In this document: positions 28,345-37,417 of the stretch, piece by piece
How positions within the stretch are numbered: position 1 is the first letter of the stretch
Layout of the letters: the number at the start of each line of letters is the position of its first letter
From: Rubripirellula sp.
GTDB taxonomy: Bacteria > Planctomycetota > Planctomycetia > Pirellulales > Pirellulaceae
DNA length: 64,000 bases
Assembly: GCA_965216875.1 (NCBI GenBank)
Contig: OZ244207.1
Span: forward strand, 128,001-192,000
Direction of reading: 5' to 3'
The notes under the pieces: generated by a model
The model's input: the letters and a program-made list of their open reading frames with translations, nothing else
Told to the model about the DNA's origin: nothing
Database searches by the model: none
Translations under genes and position numbers: made by a program

Positions 28345-29025
28345 TCATGCCGCGTTTTGTCGGCGTCGTTTTCGATGGGCGCCGATCACTCCAACCACGC
28401 CGAGTAGCGCGAACGTCGCAAGCGACGCCGGTTCAGGAACGGGGGCGACCGACAGATCGGTTGCACTGACCGAAGTCAGGACCGCGTTGATCACATTCCC
28501 GTTGATCGTCGTTGGGCCAGACCTTTCGGAAATGGTCAACTGCTGAAACTCTTGGTTGGCAAAAAAAGGTGGATCGAAAACGCTCGCCTCCGGTAGAGAG
28601 AGGTCGCTAAGCGTTGTCGCGTCAAAGTCTCTGAAGGCGAACGTGAATCCGTAGTCACCGACGTTCTGGGGAATGCCGAAGAAGGTGATGTCATCAAGTA
28701 CCGTTAAGCCGGCGATCGCATTGTTTCGGATCGATGCTTGTAACCCAGAACCGTGCTCGGTCGGAAGCCCGGGCAAATCGATTGTGTAGCTGGCGCCGGC
28801 CATATCATAAAGACGCGTGTCGGCGGTAAAGAACGAACCAGGATCCGATGAATCGTAGGTGAAAGAACCGCTGATTGTGTCGCCGATGCTGACCGACGGA
28901 GGAGGAGTGAAATGGAGTCCGGTCACGCGACCCTCCCAATTCACACGTACGATTCCTGCCTCGACCGTTGAGGCGAATACCAAGGCGATGGCAAATGCCA
29001 AGAGAATGTGTGTCCGTGACTTCAT
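28345..29025 (-). CDS. PEP-CTERM sorting-domain exoprotein
   Basis: Signal peptide (VEA-G); C-terminal VPEPASLATFALLGVVGVIGAHRKRRR. Confidence 0.92.
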   Translation of the reverse strand: MKSRTHILLAFAIALVFASTVEAGIVRVNWEGRVTGLHFTPPPSVSIGDTISGSFTYDSSDPGSFFTADTRLYDMAGASYTIDLPGLPTEHGSGLQASIRNNAIAGLTVLDDITFFGIPQNVGDYGFTFAFRDFDATTLSDLSLPEASVFDPPFFANQEFQQLTISERSGPTTINGNVINAVLTSVSATDLSVAPVPEPASLATFALLGVVGVIGAHRKRRRQNAA

Positions 29026-29155
29026 TTGGAAGAGACCCGCATGCGCGACAAAGATGAGATAGAAGCGTTGAGGGAGTGCGAAGGTTGTTGGCCAACCCTT
29101 GCCTCAAACGGGAGCGATCTTAGTCTGGCGGGTTTGCGAATGCAAATTGGCCGAT

Positions 29156-29303
29156 TAGGGTGCCGTGCTTGCACGCACCGTAACAACCCGACTCCTGGTG
29201 CGTGCAAGCACACACCCTACGGGCGACGGCCGATTCTCGAAGTAGGGTGCCGTGCTTGCACGCACCGTATTCAGTACGTCCCTTGGTGCGTACATCCATA
29301 CCC
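29156..29303. repeat. GTAG-type REPIN, family D copies 2 and 3
   Basis: 29156-29220 TAGGGTGCCGTGCTTGCACGCACC...GGTGCGTGCAAGCACACACCCTAC; degenerate copy at 29242-29303. Confidence 0.88.
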
Positions 29304-29311
29304 CCAGTGGC

Positions 29312-29803
29312 TCAAATGTTCTTGGATTGCTCGGCGTAACGGCGCAGGTGTTCGATCAAGGTCTTCAGTTCTCGTGCCCCTTCGGGCAAGACGATTTCGC
29401 AGTGCTCGACAACATCGGCAAGCGGGCCAAGCACATCATCGCACTGCTTGTTGATTTCGATCGACCACTTGCGAGCTTCGCGAATCTTCTCATCGCATTC
29501 GCGCACCCGCTGCTCGGCCTTGCGAACGCGCATGGCTGCTTCGGTTGCCGGGATGCGATCCGAAGCACGCACGGCGGCGCGTTTCTGAGCTAAGGTTTCT
29601 TTGGCTTCGGTCAACTCGCGTTCGGCAAGTTGCATCTGCCGTCGCCAATAGGCGGGCCGCTCTTGCGTGAAATGGCTTTCGGCACGTTGGACCAGCATCC
29701 GAAGCTCTTGAAGGACCTTCTCCCAATCGCTGGAAAGACGCAGCAGTCCAGCGTGGAACGCTTCCAACGAATCGATGTTTCGGACATTACTGCGTTCAGC
29801 CAC
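29312..29803 (-). CDS. All-helical protein adjacent to the WXG100 gene (putative type VII substrate or partner)
   Basis: 163 aa, coiled-coil pattern, ERPAYWRRQ, C-terminal IEHLRRYAE; no signal peptide; 21 nt downstream of the WXG100-like gene. Confidence 0.75.
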   Translation of the reverse strand: MAERSNVRNIDSLEAFHAGLLRLSSDWEKVLQELRMLVQRAESHFTQERPAYWRRQMQLAERELTEAKETLAQKRAAVRASDRIPATEAAMRVRKAEQRVRECDEKIREARKWSIEINKQCDDVLGPLADVVEHCEIVLPEGARELKTLIEHLRRYAEQSKNI

Positions 29804-29824
29804 CGCATTCAGGCTCCCAAAAGA

Positions 29825-30094
29825 CTAGCGTCCCAAGTAAGCGTCGATCTGTTCCGCTTTGCGCAACAAATAGGGGACGTGTTGTTCGGTCGTCTTGATC
29901 AACCGACTCATCTGTCGCATCTGGTCGGTGAACTCTTCAGCGAACTTACGTTGCTGTTCGTCACGCCAAGTTTGCTCCAATTGGTTCATCTGCGAAGCGA
30001 GGCCTGCAGAACGCTGCTTCATCTCCTCGGCGAATCGATGCAGGTGGCCAGCGAATTGCCTGAGTTGTTCTGGATCGACAACAGCTTGGTTCAT
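29825..30094 (-). CDS. WXG100 (ESAT-6-like) family protein, W-x-D variant
   Basis: 89 aa from ATG 30094: MNQAVVDPEQLRQFA...LEQTWRDEQQRKFAEEF...IDAYLGR; helix-turn-helix with a central Trp. Confidence 0.85.
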   Translation of the reverse strand: MNQAVVDPEQLRQFAGHLHRFAEEMKQRSAGLASQMNQLEQTWRDEQQRKFAEEFTDQMRQMSRLIKTTEQHVPYLLRKAEQIDAYLGR

Positions 30095-30161
30095 GTTTGG
30101 CTTTCGTTCTTGAAGAGTATGTTCGGGGAAAAACGAAGGTGGAGCAATTGCAGCGGTTCGG

Positions 30162-31046
30162 CTAGGACGAAGCGGATTGCCCCGAGAGTTCTGCTTCGGC
30201 CGCCTCAAGGTGGTTGCGATACTGTTTGAGGGTCAATTCGACGCCCAATCGTTCGGCGGTTTCGCAAAGTAATCGCAAGGCGACGATCTTGACCTTGAGC
30301 GGCGGGACGACGGCACGCCGCATTGCCGCAGCACGCAACGAGGTCATCGCTTCAACATCGCGGTTGATTGCTAACAGGCACCGTCCTTTCATCAAGTACG
30401 CTTGGGGTGAAAGGTCGTCGTTGCCAAGCACGGTATCAAGTTCGTCGATCGCAGGTTCGTAGAGACCGGCGTCGTACATCGCTTCGGCAAGCACGACCCG
30501 CAAATGAACAAGCGACGAATCGCGTTTGAGACGAGCGCGGCAGACATCCATTCGCCGACAGGCCCAGTCGTTCTTGCTGCGTTTGAGTTCACGCTCGGTT
30601 TCAAGCGTATCGAGCTTCTGGGCAAGCTCGCTCACTTCCCGCAATTGTTGAAGTGATCGGGCAAGGGTTGCCTCTTCGAATTCCCAAAGTAGCTCCATCT
30701 CTTCGGGGAAAATCTCGATCGCTTGCTGAAGCACACGTTTTGCTTCGAGCGGCTTTTCTTCGGCGCGATAAATCGCCGCTAACTCCATATACGATTCGAG
30801 GTCGGTAGGACTGGCACGAATGTGCTGTTCCAATTCCTGACGCCGCTCGAGCCGCAAAACGGGTTTGGGCTTTTCCTTGCCCGTCTCTGCTTTGCGTTTC
30901 ACATCGCGCCGAAGCAATTCTTCGGGTTTGACCAGACGCCAACGTCCGCCCTGCATCGGATTCAATTCGCCCGCGGATTCGTTTGTCGCGCCCGCAGTCA
31001 TTTCTTGCTGTGGACCGTCGGTGGGAGGCGGCGGTTGCGTCGACAT
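30162..31046 (-). CDS. Tetratricopeptide-repeat protein
   Basis: PTDLESYMELAAIY...AKRVLQQAIEIFP; LRVVLAEAMYDAGLYEPAIDEL; AYLMKGRCL. Confidence 0.82.
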   Translation of the reverse strand: MSTQPPPPTDGPQQEMTAGATNESAGELNPMQGGRWRLVKPEELLRRDVKRKAETGKEKPKPVLRLERRQELEQHIRASPTDLESYMELAAIYRAEEKPLEAKRVLQQAIEIFPEEMELLWEFEEATLARSLQQLREVSELAQKLDTLETERELKRSKNDWACRRMDVCRARLKRDSSLVHLRVVLAEAMYDAGLYEPAIDELDTVLGNDDLSPQAYLMKGRCLLAINRDVEAMTSLRAAAMRRAVVPPLKVKIVALRLLCETAERLGVELTLKQYRNHLEAAEAELSGQSASS

Positions 31047-31358
31047 GGCGAAAACTCAATTGTGCGGTATTTCATAGATGAGACTCTCTATTTTGAACCA
31101 CAGGAGCCGTCGGGGCAAATCGAGGACTGCCGATTCACAGCAACTTTTTTCCGTGCGCAATCCAACCATTTTTGCCCTGTACGATCGGATGCCTCGCGAA
31201 GAAGGAAACGAAGCGTGAATGCGATGTAGATCGTTCGCGATCCTCACCTTTTGCAGCGACAGCGGGATTTCACGGAATGCAACGGCGGGGCATGGTGAAG
31301 CCCACCGCCTTTGCGGCAGCGGCTCTTGAGGACTCGTTGCAAGGCAAAAGAATCCGTT

Positions 31359-32501
31359 TTATGCAACCGACCGGTAGAGTTGGCGGGTGCGATCGGCATC
31401 CAGCGGGACGGGATTGAAGGTGCCGGTCCACTGCTTGAGGGCGTCCTCGACAAAAGTGTCGATCCCCGATTGAGGGATGGACAGTTCGTCAAACGAGGTT
31501 GCCAGCCCAGCTTCGCGTAGCCATGTCGTCACCAATCGGGCGAGGTATTCCGGCGCGTCGGTCGCCGTCACCGTTGGTTCGATTTCACGCACCAGTTCGG
31601 CATACCAATCGGCGTGGGCTGCGCCGTTCATTCGGATCACCGCTGGCAACATCATGCCCACGGCTTGTCCATGCGTGATGTCATGATGTGCTGTCAGCGG
31701 ATTGGCAGTGGCGTGTGCGGCACCGAGCATGGACGTTTCGATTGCCATTCCGGCGAAACAGGCGCCGACTTGCATCTGGCTTCGTGCTTCAAGGTCATTG
31801 GCATCCGCCAAGACTCGCGAAAACCCACTGGCAAGCAACCCGAAGGCGCGGCGACTGTAGGTGATCGACATCGGATTGCGACGCTTGGTGACATACGTCT
31901 CGATCGCATGCGAAACGGCGTCGATCCCGGTCAATGCGGTGACCTTGGTCGGTTGGGTGACGGTCAGCAGTGGGTCCAGCAACGCGATCCGGCAGGCCGC
32001 TCTCGGATCGCCGCAAGGCATTTTGCGATGGGTTTCGGCGTCGCTAATGAGGGCAAACGACTGTGCTTCACTTCCTGTTCCCGACGTCGTCGGCACGGCA
32101 ATCATCGGCAGCATGTCAGCGGTTGCTTTGCCGACGCCGCAGTAATCGTGAATGGTTCCGCCGCACGAGTAGACGAAATTGATTCCTTTACAGCAGTCCA
32201 TGCTGCTACCGCCACCGAGGCCGATCAACAAGTCGGGCTGAACCTCGGCTGCTTTGGCAACCCCGGCATCGACCATGGCGGAAGTCGGGTTTTCGCCAAA
32301 ATCGTGAAACGATTCGACCCGTAGCCCGGCATCGCGCAGCGATTTCACCGCCGCGGCGTCGTGTCCCACTTCCATGATCCCTGGGTCACTGACAACAAGC
32401 ACGCAGCGGGGCCGGAACTCGGCGGCCAATTCGCCCAGTCGCGACAGGCATCCTTCGCCAAAAATGAATCGCGTACGACTTTGAGTGTCAAAAGGCTGCA
32501 T
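31359..32501 (-). CDS. Iron-containing alcohol dehydrogenase
   Basis: GLGGGSSMD; VPTTSGTGSE; GIDAVSHAIE; HATANPL..HGQA. Confidence 0.93.
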   Translation of the reverse strand: MQPFDTQSRTRFIFGEGCLSRLGELAAEFRPRCVLVVSDPGIMEVGHDAAAVKSLRDAGLRVESFHDFGENPTSAMVDAGVAKAAEVQPDLLIGLGGGSSMDCCKGINFVYSCGGTIHDYCGVGKATADMLPMIAVPTTSGTGSEAQSFALISDAETHRKMPCGDPRAACRIALLDPLLTVTQPTKVTALTGIDAVSHAIETYVTKRRNPMSITYSRRAFGLLASGFSRVLADANDLEARSQMQVGACFAGMAIETSMLGAAHATANPLTAHHDITHGQAVGMMLPAVIRMNGAAHADWYAELVREIEPTVTATDAPEYLARLVTTWLREAGLATSFDELSIPQSGIDTFVEDALKQWTGTFNPVPLDADRTRQLYRSVA

Positions 32502-32942
32502 CGCTCTTTTCAAAATGCTCTTTTCAAAATTCGGTGGGCAGACAGGCAGGTCGGCTGATAGGTCCCTTTCGCACCGCCGACCCAACACTTCGGCGATAGC
32601 CGGCGCTACTGCAGTAGCCTGACAATTCTACGATAGAGGGGTGTCGAGCAAGGTGCCAAGGACGCCGCGGCGATTGAACCCCTTTGGCTTCCATTTGGCC
32701 CGCGGTTTGTTCCAGAATCGGCGTCCGAACCGCCAATCCTTTTGCCGCATTGTGTCAGGGCGTCGAAGAAATCGGCGAGAACACAAAAAACGTGTTTTTT
32801 GAGGGCGAAGTCGGCCAGATCGAACCCGATCGTCCCATTTCTGATCGATCGGATCGTCGACGGGTGATTATCCTAAGTGACTTAACCAAACGCTCTCCAT
32901 CTCCACCGGCTCGAGCCCGTCAACCGCTCGGTGGCGCCGCCC

Positions 32943-35156
32943 ATGAAACTCACGCAATTCTTCCGACGCAACGGCAATCTCAACCGCCGTAAGGGGCATA
33001 TGACTTGGGCTTCCAAGAGCATGTCCCACTCCGTCACCCGCGCGGGTCTGTTTCTAAAGAAGCAACTCTGGATCTGGCCGATCGTCGCGATTGTCATCCT
33101 GTCCATCACGGGATTCACCGTCCGTCGCTCGATTGAATCAACCATTCAAGGCAATTTGTCCTCTGGGCTTTACGCATTGATGTCGGTCGAAGTGGCGATG
33201 TTGGAGAACTATTTCCAGGTTCAGCAGTCCAACGCCGATGCGATGGCACGCGATGCCCAAGTCCGCAGACTGATTTACCAGTTGCTTGATTCGCAAGTCG
33301 ATCCGGTCCAGGCAGCCGAGATTCACAAACAGCTTGCTGACGAACTTGGGCCAGCGATGTCGTCGCATGAGTACATCAACTATTTCGTGGTTGATAAATC
33401 GAAGACGATCGTCGCTGCGTCCAACGCAGGCCTGCTTGGCCAGCAGGAAGTTCCCGAGTTTGATCGTTTTCTCAGTCGCACGCTCGACGGCAAGACGGTC
33501 GTCTGCCCGCCCTTTCCGAGTGTCGTGATGATGAAAACGGAATCGGGAAAAACGCGGATGGGGCAACCATCAATGTACGTCAGCGCGCCGCTGCGCGATG
33601 AATCGTTTCAGGTCGTTGGCGCATTGGCGCTGCAAATTCGCCCAGAACGAGAGTTCACCAAAATCTTGCAACTCGGACGTGTTGGCGAATCGGGCGAAAC
33701 CTACGCATTCGATTCCGAAGGTGTGATGGTTTCCAACAGTCGCTTTGACGAAGACATGATCCTGCTCGGTTTGCTCCCCGACCAAGAAGATTCGCACTCG
33801 ATTCTCAATGTGATGGTGCGCGATCCGGGCGGCGACATGACGCAAGGCTACCGACCCAAAACGCGCCGCGCGCAACTGCCCATGACCAAGATGGCGTCTG
33901 ACTGTATCGCGGGCAACTCGAACGTCGACGTTGAAGGGTACAACGACTACCGAGGTGTGCCTGTGGTGGGCGCGTGGAAGTGGATGCCGGAATATGAAAT
34001 CGGCGTTGCGACCGAAGTCGACGTGGCCCAAGCGTTTCGACCGCTCGTGATTTTGCAGCGTGCTTTTTGGGTTCTCTACACACTGCTCATCATCAGTGCG
34101 TTTGCGATCTTCGCTTTCACTGTCGTCGTGGCTCGCTTGCAACGCGAAGCCCAGAAAGCGGCCGTCGAGGCACAGCAACTCGGGCAATACACACTTGATG
34201 AAAAGTTGGGTGCTGGCGCGATGGGGATCGTTTACAAAGGCCACCACGCCATGATGCGCCGCCCAACGGCCATCAAAATGCTCGACATCGATAAGGTCAA
34301 CGATGCCTCGATCTCGCGATTCGAACGCGAAGTCAAAATCACTTGCCAGCTGACGCATCCCAACACGATCGCAATTTACGACTACGGTCGAACGCCCGAA
34401 GGCGTGTTCTACTATGCGATGGAATACATCGAGGGGATCGACCTTCAGACCCTGGTCAAAGATTATGGGCCCCAGCAAGAAAGTCGAGTGATACACATTC
34501 TGTTGCAAATGTGTGGCTCGCTTTACGAGGCGCATTCGCAGGGTCTCGTTCACCGTGATATCAAGCCCGCAAACACCATGCTGAGCCGGCGTGGATGCCA
34601 ACCCGATGTCGTCAAAGTCCTCGACTTTGGATTGGTCAAGGCGATGGATGACGAAAAGAACCCGCAATCCGGAAGTGGCGGTGGGTTGACCGGTACGCCA
34701 CTCTACATGTCACCCGAGGCGATTCAGGCTCCGATGTCGGTCGACGCTTGTAGTGACATCTATGCCGTCGGCGCTGTGGGCTACTTCCTGCTGACCGGCG
34801 AAAGTGTTTTTGATGCTGCGAGCATCGTTGAATTGTGCCAAAAGCATGTCGACGAAACGCCTGTTGCACCCTCCAAGCGAACCGAGAACAAGATTTCGCC
34901 GCAGCTTGAAGACGCAATCATGGGGTGTCTTGAAAAGTCACGCGCCAAACGACCGCAGACCGCGCGCGACTTGGCTCACTTGCTTGAAAAATGCCCTGGG
35001 GCGCGCGATTGGACCACCGAAGATGGCGACGCCTGGTGGGGACGCCACGAACGTGGAATCAAAGAAGAGAGCATTGCGCAAGCTGGTGGTCCCAAGCAGA
35101 ACAACGCCACGGATGGTACGATCGCTGCAACGCTCGATCGAACGATCGACGGCTGA
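32943..35156 (+). CDS. Membrane Ser/Thr protein kinase with a Cache-like extracytoplasmic sensor
   Basis: Two TM segments around GESGETYAF...YNDYRGVPVVGAW; kinase motifs LGAGAMGIVY, AIK, HRDIKPAN, DFG, GTPLYMSPE. Confidence 0.93.
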   Translation: MKLTQFFRRNGNLNRRKGHMTWASKSMSHSVTRAGLFLKKQLWIWPIVAIVILSITGFTVRRSIESTIQGNLSSGLYALMSVEVAMLENYFQVQQSNADAMARDAQVRRLIYQLLDSQVDPVQAAEIHKQLADELGPAMSSHEYINYFVVDKSKTIVAASNAGLLGQQEVPEFDRFLSRTLDGKTVVCPPFPSVVMMKTESGKTRMGQPSMYVSAPLRDESFQVVGALALQIRPEREFTKILQLGRVGESGETYAFDSEGVMVSNSRFDEDMILLGLLPDQEDSHSILNVMVRDPGGDMTQGYRPKTRRAQLPMTKMASDCIAGNSNVDVEGYNDYRGVPVVGAWKWMPEYEIGVATEVDVAQAFRPLVILQRAFWVLYTLLIISAFAIFAFTVVVARLQREAQKAAVEAQQLGQYTLDEKLGAGAMGIVYKGHHAMMRRPTAIKMLDIDKVNDASISRFEREVKITCQLTHPNTIAIYDYGRTPEGVFYYAMEYIEGIDLQTLVKDYGPQQESRVIHILLQMCGSLYEAHSQGLVHRDIKPANTMLSRRGCQPDVVKVLDFGLVKAMDDEKNPQSGSGGGLTGTPLYMSPEAIQAPMSVDACSDIYAVGAVGYFLLTGESVFDAASIVELCQKHVDETPVAPSKRTENKISPQLEDAIMGCLEKSRAKRPQTARDLAHLLEKCPGARDWTTEDGDAWWGRHERGIKEESIAQAGGPKQNNATDGTIAATLDRTIDG

Positions 35157-35188
35157 CCCACCATCCTCCCGCCACGGCTCACCTTCCA

Positions 35189-36670
35189 ATGTCTTTCCCC
35201 CTGCGCAGCGTCATGCTGCTGTTGTTCTTTGCTGCGTTGATCTCACCGGCCGGCGCAGCCAAGCCGAATGTTGTCTTTGTTCTCGTTGATGACCTCGGGT
35301 TTATGGACATTGGCGCGAACAATCCAAAGACGTTTTACGAAACGCCCAATATCGACAAGCTCGCCGCCTCGGGTGTTCGGTTCACCAACGGCTACGCTGC
35401 CAACCCCGTCTGCTCGCCGACGCGGTACAGCATCATGACGGGCAAGCATCCAAGTCGTGTCGACGCCACGAACTTCTTTTCGGGGGCACGCGCAGGGCGT
35501 TTTCTTCCCGCGCCGCTCAACAATCGCATGCCGCTGTCGGAAGTGACGATTGCCGAAGCATTCAAGGAGGAGGGCTACAAGACGTTCTTTGCCGGCAAAT
35601 GGCATCTGGGCCCAGACGAGAACTTTTGGCCGACCAAGCAAGGGTTCGACATCAACAAGGGTGGTCACAAAATGGGTGGCCCCTTCAAAGCAGGCAAGTA
35701 CTTTTCGCCGTACGCAAACCCTCGTCTTGAAGACGGTCCCAAAGGGGAACACTTGACGGCACGACTTGCCGACGAAACCTCGTCATTCATTCGCCAACAC
35801 AAAGACCAGCCCTTCTTCGCGTACCTCGCGTTCTACAGCGTTCACACGCCGTTGATGGCTCCGGAAGATCTGGTCCGAAAGTACGAAGCCAAAGCGAGAC
35901 GTTTGGGACTGACCAACAAAACTGCCTTTGCAGATGAGGAACAGGTTTGGCCTAACGCCAAACAGCGGCAGGTGCGAACTCTGCAAGCACACGCGACCTA
36001 TGCCGCGATGGTCGAGTCGATGGATCGAGCGGTCGGCAAGGTGCTCGATACGCTCGATGAATTAGGGATCGCCGACGACACGATCGTCTGTTTGACCAGT
36101 GACAACGGCGGCCTGTCGACCTCCGAAGGTTCACCAACGAGCAATCTGCCGCTTCGCGGTGGAAAAGGTTGGGTCTATGAAGGGGGCATCCGCGAAGCAT
36201 TCTTGATCCGAGCCCCAGGCGTTTCACGCACCGGTCATGTCAGCGATGTGCCCGTTGTGACGATGGATTTTTACCCGACCCTGTTGGAATTGACTGGCTG
36301 TCCACTGCGCAACGGCCAACACCTCGACGGTCGAAGCCTCGTGTCCGTGTTGAAGGGAGGCTCTCTCGATCGCAGGGATCTGTTTTGGCATTATCCGCAC
36401 TACAGCAATCAAGGAGGCTTTCCGGGCGGCGCGATCCGGCGCGGGGACTGGAAACTGATTGAGCGATTCGAAGACGGTCGATCCCACCTTTACAACCTTG
36501 CCACCGACATCGGTGAACGCAACGATGTGGCAAGCCAACATCCCGAGCGTGTCGAGCGAATGAAAGAGGCGTTGCATGGTTGGTACGACGAAGTCGACGC
36601 CAAATTCTTGCGTGCGAAAAAGGATGGCCCGAAGCCCTGGGCACCAACGCAACCGAACTCAGCGCAATAG
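35189..36670 (+). CDS. Sulfatase (S1, arylsulfatase-like)
   Basis: Signal peptide; PNVVFVLVDDLG; CSPTR; GKWHLG; SDNGG; GGKGWVYEGGIR. Confidence 0.95.
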   Translation: MSFPLRSVMLLLFFAALISPAGAAKPNVVFVLVDDLGFMDIGANNPKTFYETPNIDKLAASGVRFTNGYAANPVCSPTRYSIMTGKHPSRVDATNFFSGARAGRFLPAPLNNRMPLSEVTIAEAFKEEGYKTFFAGKWHLGPDENFWPTKQGFDINKGGHKMGGPFKAGKYFSPYANPRLEDGPKGEHLTARLADETSSFIRQHKDQPFFAYLAFYSVHTPLMAPEDLVRKYEAKARRLGLTNKTAFADEEQVWPNAKQRQVRTLQAHATYAAMVESMDRAVGKVLDTLDELGIADDTIVCLTSDNGGLSTSEGSPTSNLPLRGGKGWVYEGGIREAFLIRAPGVSRTGHVSDVPVVTMDFYPTLLELTGCPLRNGQHLDGRSLVSVLKGGSLDRRDLFWHYPHYSNQGGFPGGAIRRGDWKLIERFEDGRSHLYNLATDIGERNDVASQHPERVERMKEALHGWYDEVDAKFLRAKKDGPKPWAPTQPNSAQ

Positions 36671-36728
36671 CGCTCGTGGCCCACGGATCGCGATATGACT
36701 TTCAACAGATGCCAACAACCGACGAACG

Positions 36729-37232
36729 ATGAAAGATGTCATGCCCAAACTAACTCGTCGAAATGTTCTTTGGTGTGGAGTCGCGGCAGGCATTGCTCCT
36801 GCAATGGCCAGAGGAGCCGATCCGCCTACCCACAACGAAAATCGGGAAGCTGCACCTGCGGCGGATGCTTCAGATGGTTCTGCCGACATGAAGGTTCAGT
36901 ACCTTGAGATCGTGACCCCCGAGGTCGATGCACTTTGTCGTCAGTATTCGAAAATCTACGACGTCACCTTTAGCGACCCGATCGCAAGCTTTGGAGGTGC
37001 TCGCACTGCGAAGCTAGGTGATGGCGGCATGATCGGTATTCGCGGGCCACTTCGTCCGACGGAAACGCCTGTGGTGCGACCCTATCTACTCGTCGATGAC
37101 ATTGAGGCGGCCGTCAAGTCGGCTGCGGATACGGGTGCTGAGATTGCGATGCCAGCAACGAGCATTCCGGCGCATGGCAAGTTTGCGATTGTCGTTCACG
37201 GCGGAATCGAGTGCGGGTTCTGGCAGAATTGA
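36729..37232 (+). CDS. VOC-family protein with Tat-like leader (alternative start 36888)
   Basis: KLTRRNVLW...MARG; core MKVQYLEIVT...VRPYLLVDDIEAAV..GAEIAMP...HGKFA. Confidence 0.8.
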   Translation: MKDVMPKLTRRNVLWCGVAAGIAPAMARGADPPTHNENREAAPAADASDGSADMKVQYLEIVTPEVDALCRQYSKIYDVTFSDPIASFGGARTAKLGDGGMIGIRGPLRPTETPVVRPYLLVDDIEAAVKSAADTGAEIAMPATSIPAHGKFAIVVHGGIECGFWQN

Positions 37233-37417
37233 CCGCGATCGCAACCGACTCGTTGAGTTCTTGTGCCCGCCTCGAAAGAGCGTCCATTTTTGGCGATCGG
37301 CCCCCGCCGCCTTCGACAAGCGATCTCATCGCATCGACGCGGCTTCTCATGGTGCCAAAGTGATTCGGCACTACCATTGATGCACTACAGCCACCACCAC
37401 GCTTAGGATCAACCAAG

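Noticed and set aside
29026..29150. Sigma-54 promoter for the PEP-CTERM gene
   Set aside because: The GG...GC spacing on the coding strand does not fit -24/-12
34991..35188. ORF-track N-terminal extensions (also 8602, 16191, 30208, 32588, 41572, 43444, 56292)
   Set aside because: They overlap neighbouring genes or repeats; downstream ATGs give proper signal peptides or family N-termini
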